A DNA stretch of 61,986 nt, counting the filler, from Globobulimina sp. (lineage: Eukaryota): the NCBI GenBank assembly GCA_003354225.1. It is 20 parts of 20 records of this genome, joined end to end, with 100 filler letters (N's around TTAATTAATTAA, not from the genome) between each part and the next. Parts side by side here need not be neighbours in the genome. Positions count along the whole stretch, not along the records: positions 9,320 to 12,325 come from PIVH01004052.1; positions 12,426 to 15,431 come from PIVH01004053.1; positions 15,532 to 18,536 come from PIVH01004054.1; positions 18,637 to 21,641 come from PIVH01004055.1; 16 more parts are not named here. One strand, 5' to 3'. Position numbers and translations under genes: made by a program. A model generated the notes under the pieces. The model was not told where the DNA came from. It saw only the letters and a program-made list of their open reading frames with translations, and ran no database searches. Within the stretch, counting starts at the first letter, position 1. Each line of letters begins with the position of its first letter. Below are positions 9,380-20,003 of the stretch, in pieces.

Positions 9380-9510
9380 TCGGGATGGGGTTATCGTTTA
9401 TTGGCTGCTTTGGAATATTCTGATGTATTTGCCGGTATAGCATTAAAGCCGGTCTTGACCTGGTCACATGATGTCTCTGGATATTCACCGGAGCCAGGAC
9501 AACAATTCCA
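9380..9510 (+). other. Bacterial gene fragment (DUF1302-like) fused to the contig end
   Basis: Reads SGWGYRLLAALEYSDVFAGIALKPVLTWSHDVSGYSPEPGQQF, recalled as the DUF1302 C-terminal region. GC-richer than the rest of the contig. Confidence 0.65.
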
Positions 9511-10075
9511 TGCGGCCATTTGCCATCCACTATACGCATAAGAATAGCCACAACTGCTACTTCCACAAAATGCGATAACTGGCTGGATGATTGTTTCATT
9601 GTTATCGAAATTCGTAAGTCCAATAAAATAATATAATAATTGACGCGTTGCTGGTAAATTCTGATTAGGAACGATATTCACTGAATCAAATCGACCTAAA
9701 TTACTCTGTCCATAATGAGCTATCAAGACAAACAAAACATATCTGCATATACTACGTGCGACAATCATGCAAATTGAAGAAAAAAATACCATAAATCTCC
9801 CATCCATCCATTGGATCATTGTCAGTGAAACGTTTGCGATAATTTGCAATAATATCTTTTGCATTCTTTGTACATTTCTCTGATGATTTATAAAAAATTG
9901 TTCGATTTGATATTGGATAATGTAGCATTAAACCATTATCGACTTTGTCAATCACAACATTACTTTCATTATGCTTAATAACACACTCTTTAGGTCGCAA
10001 TCCATGAGGAGTTTGAATCCATTCTTCTGCAGCGGCAAAAGTTAACGCAATAACACAAAAAAAAATGAAGTTCAT
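9495..10075 (-). CDS. Secreted protein, possible glutamic-peptidase-like fold (intron 9720-9789; 3' end lost to chimera)
   Basis: Signal peptide, pro-region TPHGLRPKECV, then YYFIGL...IIQPVI...WQMAAWNCCP. Confidence 0.55.
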
Positions 10076-10191
10076 GATTTACTGGATGATTGTAACTGTT
10101 TTCCAGTCTTAATTGCATGATACAGAGAGCTAGAATACAATGATAACAAAAAAATAATACAGAGGGTTCAATCAAGAACATTTGCTTTTTA

Positions 10192-11088
10192 TTAATGTCT
10201 CCATCTTCGGTTCTTTTGATTGATTTTAGCAAATTCACTCATTTTCTGTTTGATTTTCCTTTCAATATATTTCCCTTTTTTGCGATTTTTTGTTTTAATT
10301 TTATTTTTAAATTTTGCATTTGATGATAATTTAAATTTTGTTTTATTTCTAGATTTCAGTTTCATTTTACAGAGTTCCTTTGTGATTTCTTTTTTTAATT
10401 CACCATTAATATTAACATTCATTTTTTTATTATTTTTATTATAAGTATTTTTCTTTAAATTTAACATTTTATTCGTATATCTCAATGGATTTAAATCAAA
10501 CGAATCATTTTTGAACAAATTAGTGAGATTATTTTGGTCATTTTGGACTTGCTGTTTCGTGTTTTTTTTTTCTTTCTTTTTCCTTTTCTTTTTTATTATA
10601 GATTTTGATGACTTTGTTACCGAATTATCATTCTTTTTTTCATCATTATTCTCATTATTTGTGCCAAGATTGAATTTCCAATGTGATACTTTCTCGATTT
10701 GTTGCTTTAATTGTTTTCTTCGCAGAGAACGTTTCTTTCTTTTATTATTTTTTGGTTTAATTTTTTCATAATCAGCCGATTGAAATAGTTTTGATTTGAA
10801 TGGAGTTAAATGACTTGATTTATTTACATAATTTATTTGTGGTTTATTCCTTGGTTTTTTATTTGATGGCCCTCTTTTTTTAAGGAGATTATTGATTGTT
10901 TTTAAACCGTTTCTTGTGGATTGCCTTGATTTTGTGTGTCTGTTTACTGTGATCAATGAATTTGCTTTCTTTTTAAATGTAGGAACACGAAAGTTGAGCG
11001 AAGGAAATGCTTTAACAATGCCGGCAATTCCTGAATCTGTTTTGTTCCCTTTCGAATTGGAACCATTTTTGGAGGTAACTCGAACCAT
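10192..11088 (-). CDS. Lys/Asn-rich basic low-complexity protein (likely nuclear/nucleolar)
   Basis: 298-aa ORF, head-to-head with 11137 across a 48-bp gap. Confidence 0.6.
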   Translation of the reverse strand: MVRVTSKNGSNSKGNKTDSGIAGIVKAFPSLNFRVPTFKKKANSLITVNRHTKSRQSTRNGLKTINNLLKKRGPSNKKPRNKPQINYVNKSSHLTPFKSKLFQSADYEKIKPKNNKRKKRSLRRKQLKQQIEKVSHWKFNLGTNNENNDEKKNDNSVTKSSKSIIKKKRKKKEKKNTKQQVQNDQNNLTNLFKNDSFDLNPLRYTNKMLNLKKNTYNKNNKKMNVNINGELKKEITKELCKMKLKSRNKTKFKLSSNAKFKNKIKTKNRKKGKYIERKIKQKMSEFAKINQKNRRWRH

Positions 11089-11136
11089 TTTGGATGTTTT
11101 TTAGTTTGAATAACAAAATTTTGGATCTAAAGGACC

Positions 11137-12003
11137 ATGGCAACTGAGATTTTGTTTGGGCAATTTGCTGGGAAAGATTGCACATTTCATGATTTGTTCC
11201 AAGATGAACAGAGGTGGTGTTGGGATTTTATTTTACATTATTCCAAGGATCGAGAATATTATTTGGATAATAAAAAAGATAAAAAGCAAAACAAAGAAAT
11301 TAGGCAAAATTGTAAGGCATTGTATAAATATTTATTAAACGGATCAGTGGCCAACAAGAAAGTCCTTAAGTTGTACGCAAAGAATTGTAAAAAACTTAAT
11401 TTAATTCATAATATTCCATCGTTAATATTTGAAGGCGGATATTGGTTATTCGCAGATAATCCTTTTTGTAAATTGGGTGGAAAGGCAGGCAGTTCTGGAA
11501 AATGGATGTTGTTTTGCAATAAAACATTTTTAACTTACAGCTACAATCAATTACAAATAGAATTAATGCAATTATGGGATTCAGATAAAAAGAAAAACAA
11601 TAAGAATGATTCAGAGGAGGAGGAGGAGGAGAAAAAAGAAGTTAAACCAGATAAGAATAAAAAAAATAAAAATGATATGATGTTGACCGAATTGGATTTT
11701 TATTGGCTGAAAGTTTGCAAATTGGTAGAAACGAATATGTTGGGATTTGCAGCAAAAGTATCAACCAACACAAATGTAAAAAAGAAAGAGGACGCAGATG
11801 GAGTAATAATTATTTATACAAAGGATTCTGATGATACTCAACACGTTCTATATATTGCTCAGAATATAAGGAAATTAGTTGGTTTCGTTGAAGAAGAAAT
11901 ACAATGTAAAACTGATCGGGCAACAGTTAGAGGCAAATATGGCCCACAGTCACACGCATATAAACACACTATGTCTAAATTTGATGAATTACAAAAGATT
12001 TAA
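11137..12003 (+). CDS. DUF1917 / Bles03 (C11orf68-like, eIF4E-like fold) protein
   Basis: SGKWMLF, LG.AAKVST, VIIIYTKDSDD...V and KTD.AT..GKY motifs. Confidence 0.8.
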   Translation: MATEILFGQFAGKDCTFHDLFQDEQRWCWDFILHYSKDREYYLDNKKDKKQNKEIRQNCKALYKYLLNGSVANKKVLKLYAKNCKKLNLIHNIPSLIFEGGYWLFADNPFCKLGGKAGSSGKWMLFCNKTFLTYSYNQLQIELMQLWDSDKKKNNKNDSEEEEEEKKEVKPDKNKKNKNDMMLTELDFYWLKVCKLVETNMLGFAAKVSTNTNVKKKEDADGVIIIYTKDSDDTQHVLYIAQNIRKLVGFVEEEIQCKTDRATVRGKYGPQSHAYKHTMSKFDELQKI

Positions 12004-12051
12004 AACCTCATTGACTTCCACTCAATTCACTCTAATCCACGTGTCTTTTTT

Positions 12052-12325
12052 ATGGCATTAATTGCGGAAGAAAAGGGAAAAAATAATCAGACAGAACCAG
12101 AACATTCAACACCAGCTACAGCATTTGGTAGTGGAGGTTGTCCGTATTTGGATGAATCAAAAAAACCGTATGCAGAGTGTTATTATAATGACTATCTGCA
12201 ATTAGATAAAATATTAAATGCGAATGCACCGCGTTCCTCAGAATATTTGAGTGAGCCCTCACATGATGAACATTTATTTATTACCATCCACCAAGTCTAT
12301 GAGTTATGGTTTAAACAAGTTTTGT
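12052..12325 (+). CDS. TDO2: Tryptophan 2,3-dioxygenase, 5' fragment
   Basis: [13 protein letters not shown] and [19 protein letters not shown] signatures. Confidence 0.93.
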
Positions 12326-12425
12326 NNNNNNNNNNNNNNNNNNNNNNNNNNNNNNNNNNNNNNNNNNNNTTAATTAATTAANNNNNNNNNNNNNNNNNNN
12401 NNNNNNNNNNNNNNNNNNNNNNNNN

Positions 12426-12824
12426 AGACCGATTGTTATAAATCATATTAAATATATTTAATTGCGTACATGCCATTGTTAATGGATTCAAATCCTCATT
12501 TTCCAGCAGTGCTAAAATATAAATTTGTAAATTGTGAGGAATTCTGAGCAATGATATTGAGTGTTTCATTTGTGTTGGAACATGGATGTGATTTGAAAGT
12601 ATTAATTGAATTTCATACAATAAATCAGTAGATATTTTGCTGCAATTTTTATTAAGTCCATATATTAACATTTTAATCCATAGATCAACAGAATTATTTT
12701 GGTTTATTTTGTGGACAATGTCACCTAATATCTGCGATATTTGTGATGTATTACAAGCCTCTATTTTTGTGCAGGTCTTGATTAATGGGATGATGCTTTC
12801 AGATCGAACCAAACCCAACGACAT
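12426..12824 (-). CDS. F-box-like protein, 5' fragment
   Basis: SLLRIPHNLQIYILALLENEDLNPLTMACTQL resembles an F-box. Confidence 0.5.
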
Positions 12825-13183
12825 GATTCAGAAAAGTTTTCCTACCTAACTGAAGAGAAAGTTTTTGTGATTGATGGATAACTGTAAATCTGTAACATCA
12901 AGCCAGATATTATGTTTTTTCACTTGCATATTCAAATAAATTATATAATACAAATTGAAACAAAGCAAAAAAACGTATATAAAAAGGTATAGCAGAATAA
13001 CTTAGGGATATACATAATAATGAAAAAATATAATCAATCTGATTGTATTTCATATTTAAAAAAGAAAATTAAAGGATTAATTTTGTATGGGACCAATCAA
13101 AAAAATTAAAATGGAACCAATCAAAAATTGGTAGAATGAAGCTATGATTATTATTATATACAAATTAAAAAAAATGCACCAAT

Positions 13184-15431
13184 CTATGGTCGTTTGTTGT
13201 CTTTTGGTTTTGCGCCATGCTGTCCCGGCATCGGTAATTTATTGCCAAATTCATCAAATTTAAATGGAATTATTTTGTACGAACACCATCCATTTTTATT
13301 TTTTGATCTCACTTTTGCGACTCCTTCATAAATCTTTAAATTTGGATATTGTTTATATTCATAATGACGGACTGAAGGATCATCGATGATGACACTAAAA
13401 GCTTTATGGTTTTTTAATTCAACCACAATTTGGTGCGCCGAAATATTTAATGTTTTATTGTGAAATTTTCCAATATCATCATATTCGAACATAACTCGCA
13501 CATTATTGAAAACATTGAATTTCGCACTGGTTACAGCCGATATTTGCGATAACTGAGATGCTTCGGATATATCTGATCCATTATCGGTGATATTCATATT
13601 ATTGTCCTCTTTAGCTTTGGGCTGATAACTACGACTCAATGACACCTCGACTCTCTCCGGCTGTATTGGTACAACTCCACATAACACGCCATCAGCAAAT
13701 ACAATTTTCACTTTATTGCCCTTTGCCTGCGCACCCATTACATCTGATTTTTCATCATATTCTTCAAATTGTGCATATCTTTGTGCTAAATAGGATTCAT
13801 AATACAATGTTGGTTGTTGTATACATTGGAAATCAGAAGATTTTTTATCAAAATCTCGCATTTTTGTTACTACCTCTTTTTGTAATCTGTTTTTGTTCGT
13901 TTCAGTAGTTTCTACAAATAACGTCTTCGCAGTCTGTTCATGAAATGCCTCAAATGTTTTATTCGTGTCATTTAAATAATTTTTCACTGAAATCAACGCC
14001 ATTTTTTGTGCTTCAAATTGTTGTTTCATTGTTTTTTCAATATTTTTAAATTCTGTTTCCATTTTGTCGCGATCGGATTGTATGTTTTCAAACATTTCCT
14101 TTCGTTGTAATTGCAACGCAGCCAATGCACCGTCAATTTTATTCTCATTGGCGTCGATTTTTGATTGCCGTTTTTCTAATTTGTCAATTAATTTTAACAT
14201 TAATTCATAATCTTTGCCTTTATCTTTATCCCCAGAGGGTTCATATTTGGCTTCTTGTTCTTCAGCTCGTTGGCGTTGCGCTGCCAATTTCGCACTGTAT
14301 TTGTTTTCAATTGGTTGCACTGTTTTTGTTTCTTGATTTGATGACGCTTTTAATTGTAACCCTTGTTTTTCATCCTCTTGGTTTTGTGCTTGTTGTTTCT
14401 GTGCTTGTGGCGCTGGTAACGGCAACGCATTGTATGTCGGGGCATACGTAGGGTATATTTGTGCATATGGCTGGGCATACGGCTGTTGCTGTTGTTGTTG
14501 CGCAGCACGTAGAACAACCTGCAATTTAAATGCATGCTGCATAAACAACACAAAAAGGAGCAAATATACATTACATACATTGGCAGCCATTTGCACCGAT
14601 TCGGCAAACATTTCTCTTCTTTTTGTAGGTGGTAAATATTGGTCATTGTGAGGGATCATAGTGTTACATTTTGAACAAAATGTATCGTTTCCATTATTTG
14701 TTGCCCAGCACAAGCTACATATCCACGTCTTTGGTGCCTGTGGACGGACTGCTATCTGCTCGCGATAATAATTTGGCTTTTTATCGTCAAAAGTAATATT
14801 TCGGCGTGGTCTTGGTGCTGGTACTGGTGCTGCAGATTGGCGTTGCTGTGCTGGCGATCCTTGTGGATATATGGAATAAGTATTATATTTAGTTGATTGC
14901 GCCTGATATCTGGAGGGATCATTATAACTCTCTGCCGATCGGTCATTATATCTTTCATTGGTCTGACTGGCATTATATCGATAATCTTGATTATATGCTT
15001 TTGATTGATGACTATATTTATTTGCTTGCTCATTATTTTTAACATATCGTTCATGGCGCGATTTTGATTGATTTTGATTTTGCGCTTTATTTTTATATGA
15101 TTTATCTGCAATTAACCTGCTGTTGGAAGGAGATGCATAATCACGATGATAGGAGTCATTGTAATTCTTTTTGCCATAATTCTGATAATTCGTTCTCTTC
15201 TTAGCATGAGCCGGCGGTGAAGCTGATGGCGTTGCTGGTTTGTTATGACTGTTTGGATCATATTCATCTTTTTTGTGATAATAGTCTTTGTATCCCCAAT
15301 TTTTGGAACTATGATGTGTGTTTTTATTATTTTTAGTTTCATATTTTTTATTTTTAGTTTCATACATATTGTACTCTTCTTCTTTTTGATCTCGATGTTG
15401 GCCTTGGCCTTGACCTTGACCTCGACCTTTA
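13184..15431 (-). CDS. Low-complexity protein with RanBP2-type zinc finger and coiled coil (5'-partial; in-frame intron 14519-14578)
   Basis: WICSLCWATNNGNDTFCSKC, Y/N/Q-rich N-terminal half, coiled coil. The hydrophobic VCNVYLLLFVLF stretch corresponds to a 60-nt GT-AG intron. Confidence 0.75.
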
Positions 15432-15771
15432 NNNNNNNNNNNNNNNNNNNNNNNNNNNNNNNNNNNNNNNNNNNNTTAATTAATTAANNNNNNNNNNNNN
15501 NNNNNNNNNNNNNNNNNNNNNNNNNNNNNNNTTATATTTCGATGCAAAACTTGTCTTTTTTGTTGAAATTATTTCTAGGCAACACACTAACTCTGTCGTC
15601 ATTTTACTTGCTTTTCTGCGTTTGTTATTGCGTGTGTATTGTATCAATCAGATAGGTTCTAAAAGAAAAGACTTCAATTCTTCGTTTTGACAAAGTTAGC
15701 CATGAGCAGGATTTCTCTTTTTTACAAAAAGTTTATATTCTATTTGTTTCATGAATAAAATTAATAAGATA

Positions 15772-17436
15772 TTATGTTGTATTTCTGTGAAATCTGTTTT
15801 CATACTCATTGTAAATGATGTTTCCAATTGATTCATTCTTGTATTTATTACATCCGCTTAACAGTGCCAGCCACATAATTTCATCACATCTACCATCATT
15901 TGTGTTGATTTCATATTCTTTAACTCTCTCATATGCTTCTTCCAACATTCCCTTCTTTGCCAAACAATCGATTAAACTCGTAACCACATATCGGTTATAT
16001 TTAATATTCCCATCAATGATTTCATTGTTCCACAAATAATTTGCTTTATCCACTGCTCCACAATGAGAGAATGCATTTAATAGCAAAATATAAGTCTTAC
16101 TATCAACAGATACATTACTTTCATGTTTCATATCATAATATAACTTTTGTGCTTCATCAATCTCTCCATTTCTGCCATGTGCATGAATCATGGCATTGTA
16201 TACCACCGTTTCTTTGTGCTTTATATCATTAAATACTTGTCGACAAACATCCAATTGACCAGATTTGCCATACATATTAATCAAATTGCTTTGAATCTCT
16301 GTGTGTTGCAGCATCCATTGTTTATCACAATTTTGTCTCAATTCATTATGGATTGCCTTACCATAATGATACATAGTTCCATTTGTGCACGAAATCAATG
16401 CTATAATATATGTGGTGACATCTGCTTCCATCTTATAAACACAAATTGCTTTGTTATATAACTCCAGACATTCTCTGTATTTATGGCTTTTACAATATGC
16501 GTCCATCATAGCTCCAACAGTTATAATATTTTTCTTTTCATCCTCCACAGAATTAAATAAACTCAGTGCAGTGTCCAAATCGGATGCATTTGCATAAAAA
16601 TTAATCAATGTATTCACTATTTCAATGTCAGTGTTATTAATTTGCATTTCATCGATAATGCCTTGACCTTTGCCAATATTTCCACTCTCAGTGCATGCTT
16701 TTATGCCCAGTAAATACGTAACAATATCATGACACAGACCGTTTGAGTGAGTGACATGGTCAAATAATTCCAGTGCCTGCTCAAAGTTTTGAGTGTTCAT
16801 AAATGCTTTCATCATGGCACCCACACAAATAATGTCACGTTTGTCATTTGGAATACAAGTGAATACATTGTGAGCTGATGTACAATCTTGACATTGTCCA
16901 TATGCATTGATAAGCGCTGTTTGAAGGATAACATTATCGGTTATACTCCGCTTCAGTTGAATAGTATCGCTGTTCAATACGGAATGAATGTATTTCAATG
17001 ATTGTAGATCGTGCTGGCATTTATTGAGGAGTAGGGTGAGATATTTAGGATGAATGGTCAATGTGTAATTAAATTCATTCATCCATTGTAATATTTGAAC
17101 ACATGCGTTTATGTCCATTGTGTCACATTTAATACAACATTTCAACAATGAATCATAATGCAATTTATTTTTATCTACAACAGATTCAACATCATTCCAT
17201 ATTACCTGCAACTTATGACATGATAGATACTGCAGCAACAATTTGAATATTACGTTCAGTAAGAAATGACTTTTTCGTTCATTTATTTTATCGTATATTT
17301 CAAACATGTTTTGTATCGTTTTTTTGTTTTGTTGACGGTCTTGCGATTCAATAAAAGTATGTGATTGGAATTGCTTTAATAATGTTGTTGCTTCATAATT
17401 GCTCAGATATTTATGTTTTGAAACTGATGCAAACAA
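15772..17436 (-). CDS. PLS-type pentatricopeptide repeat protein ending in P2-L2-S2-E1-like motifs
   Basis: Alternating repeats, e.g. SNLINMYGKSGQLDVCRQVF, YNAMIHAHGRNGEIDEA, TYILLLNAFSHCGAVDKA, TSLIDCLAKKGMLEEA, WLALLSGC. Start codon uncertain. Confidence 0.9.
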   Translation of the reverse strand: MFASVSKHKYLSNYEATTLLKQFQSHTFIESQDRQQNKKTIQNMFEIYDKINERKSHFLLNVIFKLLLQYLSCHKLQVIWNDVESVVDKNKLHYDSLLKCCIKCDTMDINACVQILQWMNEFNYTLTIHPKYLTLLLNKCQHDLQSLKYIHSVLNSDTIQLKRSITDNVILQTALINAYGQCQDCTSAHNVFTCIPNDKRDIICVGAMMKAFMNTQNFEQALELFDHVTHSNGLCHDIVTYLLGIKACTESGNIGKGQGIIDEMQINNTDIEIVNTLINFYANASDLDTALSLFNSVEDEKKNIITVGAMMDAYCKSHKYRECLELYNKAICVYKMEADVTTYIIALISCTNGTMYHYGKAIHNELRQNCDKQWMLQHTEIQSNLINMYGKSGQLDVCRQVFNDIKHKETVVYNAMIHAHGRNGEIDEAQKLYYDMKHESNVSVDSKTYILLLNAFSHCGAVDKANYLWNNEIIDGNIKYNRYVVTSLIDCLAKKGMLEEAYERVKEYEINTNDGRCDEIMWLALLSGCNKYKNESIGNIIYNEYENRFHRNTT

Positions 17437-17597
17437 TCTCCATTGGATAGCTATGCAATTTCAAGAAATTGATTACATTGCTGGGAAATTTCAAGAAGTT
17501 GATTGGATACATACTGTAATGCGCAATGTGTGATGATAACTTGTAACTCAATAAATGCAGTGGTTGCTTACTGCTCTTGAACATGCTTTGATTTTAA

Positions 17598-18536
17598 ATG
17601 AAATATCCACAGTACTGTACCCAGTATTTGCTGATCATGGGAGCGTGTCTACATCAAGAGAACATACCACCACACCCAACTGTTGCAATTGAGAAAGAGA
17701 AACTGTCCCCGATTGATTATTACTCACTGCATCCATGGTCAATAAATGTATTAGGTATCATATCCTATTGGAACAGGAGCAGTCGACACAGATACTCAGT
17801 TGAATTAAATGGCGATGTTGAAGCAATGATACAAAGATTCTCTTTAAACGATTTGATATTACAGGAATGGTCATATGTAACATTTAAATCAAATCAGTTG
17901 TATGAATTCTCCAATATTGTTATCAAGAAAAGAGCAATATTAACAGTTGAAAAATACGATATTACACACAACCCAAATGGCGGTAAGCTCTTATTACGTT
18001 CTTACGGTGACTTTATTGTCGAAGTTGGAGCATTGATTGATTGCAATGGTAAGGGATATAGTGGTGGAAAGAGATGGTTTTCTGGATTGTCATATAGCGG
18101 GCAATCAAAATATAAACAAACGCAGGCCAATTATGGCGGAGGCGGCTCCCCTTTGTTCTATTCTGCTTTATGGTGTTTGAGCGGTGGTGGTGGAGGGTAT
18201 GCTGTGGTTGGTACTGATGGAATATGTGAAACCTACAATGGCAAATCGTATCATTTTGAAGGTACTGGAGGACAGATATATGGCGACAAACAACTGAAAG
18301 TGTTACATTTAGGCAGTGGTGGCGGAGGAAGTAGATTCTGTGCAGGTGGCGATGGTGGTGGCGTAATTAAAATTGTGTGTAATAGATTTATCAACAAAGG
18401 CATAATACAATCAAATGGCGTTATTGGTGGAGGTGAAAATGGTGGCGGTGGCAGTGGTGGTTCTTGTTTGGTGGTCATACATGGCAATGGATTTGATAAT
18501 AAACATGGGATTATTAGCTGTGTTGGCGCTGCTTCC
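17598..18536 (+). CDS. Glycine-rich domain protein (GGGGG...LHLGSGGG...GGGSGGS), 3'-partial
   Basis: Long ORF with repeated Gly-rich blocks between short hydrophobic strands. Confidence 0.7.
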
Positions 18537-18642
18537 NNNNNNNNNNNNNNNNNNNNNNNNNNNNNNNNNNNNNNNNNNNNTTAATTAATTAANNNNNNNN
18601 NNNNNNNNNNNNNNNNNNNNNNNNNNNNNNNNNNNNTCCAAA

Positions 18643-19809
18643 ATGCAATCAAATCAACAAAATATTTTCCGAAAGTTTGACAGTTTTTTGTGTCTATTAT
18701 CGAGAGCCGAAATTATATTAAAAAATGATGAACAAACACGGTTACAACAAATAAATTCATTTAACAATAACAGCGATGACAATAAGTTTGATGGTTTATG
18801 GGATGATGAATGGAAAAATATTTACAAAAATAAACAACGAAGAGGGAGGAAAGCAAAAGGAAGAAATAGAAATCCAAAGCCGAATGAAAATATAATTAAA
18901 AAAGCCACAAAGACCATGATGAGCCGAAAGAGTAATAATAAGAAAAGAGTTCGTTTTTGTTGTTATGATATGTCGACTGTCACAACGCCGTGCTTTGGTG
19001 ATTTAGATTCCATAAAACATTTGCAAACAATATGTCGCTTATTAGTGCAATCTGGCAGTATAATATTAAAACTATTTCGCATAAAATCAGACAAGAGTTT
19101 GACGAGGAAAACAATAAAAATGTTCATAGATCAATTAAACGAATACCATACGAATAATAAGTCCATCATGAAAATGGATGTTACAAAATATTTAATAAAA
19201 CAATTTGAAGACGGATATAACCACAAAATCGCATATCCATTTTGTACAAAAATAAGCAATTTGCTATCTTCATTGATTCGATTTTATTTAAAAACGATAT
19301 GGAATGCATCGGAATTTTTGGATGAGAAAAATAAAAATAAAAGTATGAAAATACCGAAATGGTATAAACAAATTGGTACATTTACAATATTTGGTGCTGA
19401 AAATGGAGAGATGTTACAGAATAATAATAGCAATGCTGAATTTATCCCCTATCATGCAGCTGAATTATCAATTAATTTGGAAACATATTATTGTTTAAAA
19501 AATGCTATCGCTTCAAATAAAAATAAAACTTGTCAGCAATTAATGGATGAGTTAGGAATTCTGGATAATCCGTTTGTATTTTTTAATGAAATGAAACAAG
19601 TTTTAATGAACGCAAATCGCTCAATTTGTGGTTTACCAATCAATACTAACAAAAAACAAAGTGAATTTGATAAATATTTACAATCAAAATGGAAGGAATT
19701 AAAAGTGTGTTTACATGATATTGAAAACACAAATTCGACGAACCTTTACTTTTATTTACCTCTGTTAGACTTCAAACAGTTTTTGAACTCCATTCAAGTC
19801 ATTACATAA
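18643..19809 (+). CDS. Hypothetical protein (probably 5'-partial)
   Basis: 388-aa ORF with no recognised domain. Confidence 0.55.
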   Translation: MQSNQQNIFRKFDSFLCLLSRAEIILKNDEQTRLQQINSFNNNSDDNKFDGLWDDEWKNIYKNKQRRGRKAKGRNRNPKPNENIIKKATKTMMSRKSNNKKRVRFCCYDMSTVTTPCFGDLDSIKHLQTICRLLVQSGSIILKLFRIKSDKSLTRKTIKMFIDQLNEYHTNNKSIMKMDVTKYLIKQFEDGYNHKIAYPFCTKISNLLSSLIRFYLKTIWNASEFLDEKNKNKSMKIPKWYKQIGTFTIFGAENGEMLQNNNSNAEFIPYHAAELSINLETYYCLKNAIASNKNKTCQQLMDELGILDNPFVFFNEMKQVLMNANRSICGLPINTNKKQSEFDKYLQSKWKELKVCLHDIENTNSTNLYFYLPLLDFKQFLNSIQVIT

Positions 19810-20003
19810 TTTTGTAGTATCTAAAAGCCTCTGAATTCTCAGTATTTAATTTTAATTTTCTTTTATTTATACCAGGTCAACGGTTTTAATTATATTCAAT
19901 GTTTTGGATGAATTAACGATATATTCCATTTTTAAACCAGACAAATTTGCATCTACAAGCAAGTAACTTGACTTTTTTTTCGAATTTATCCGAAGAGCAG
20001 ATC

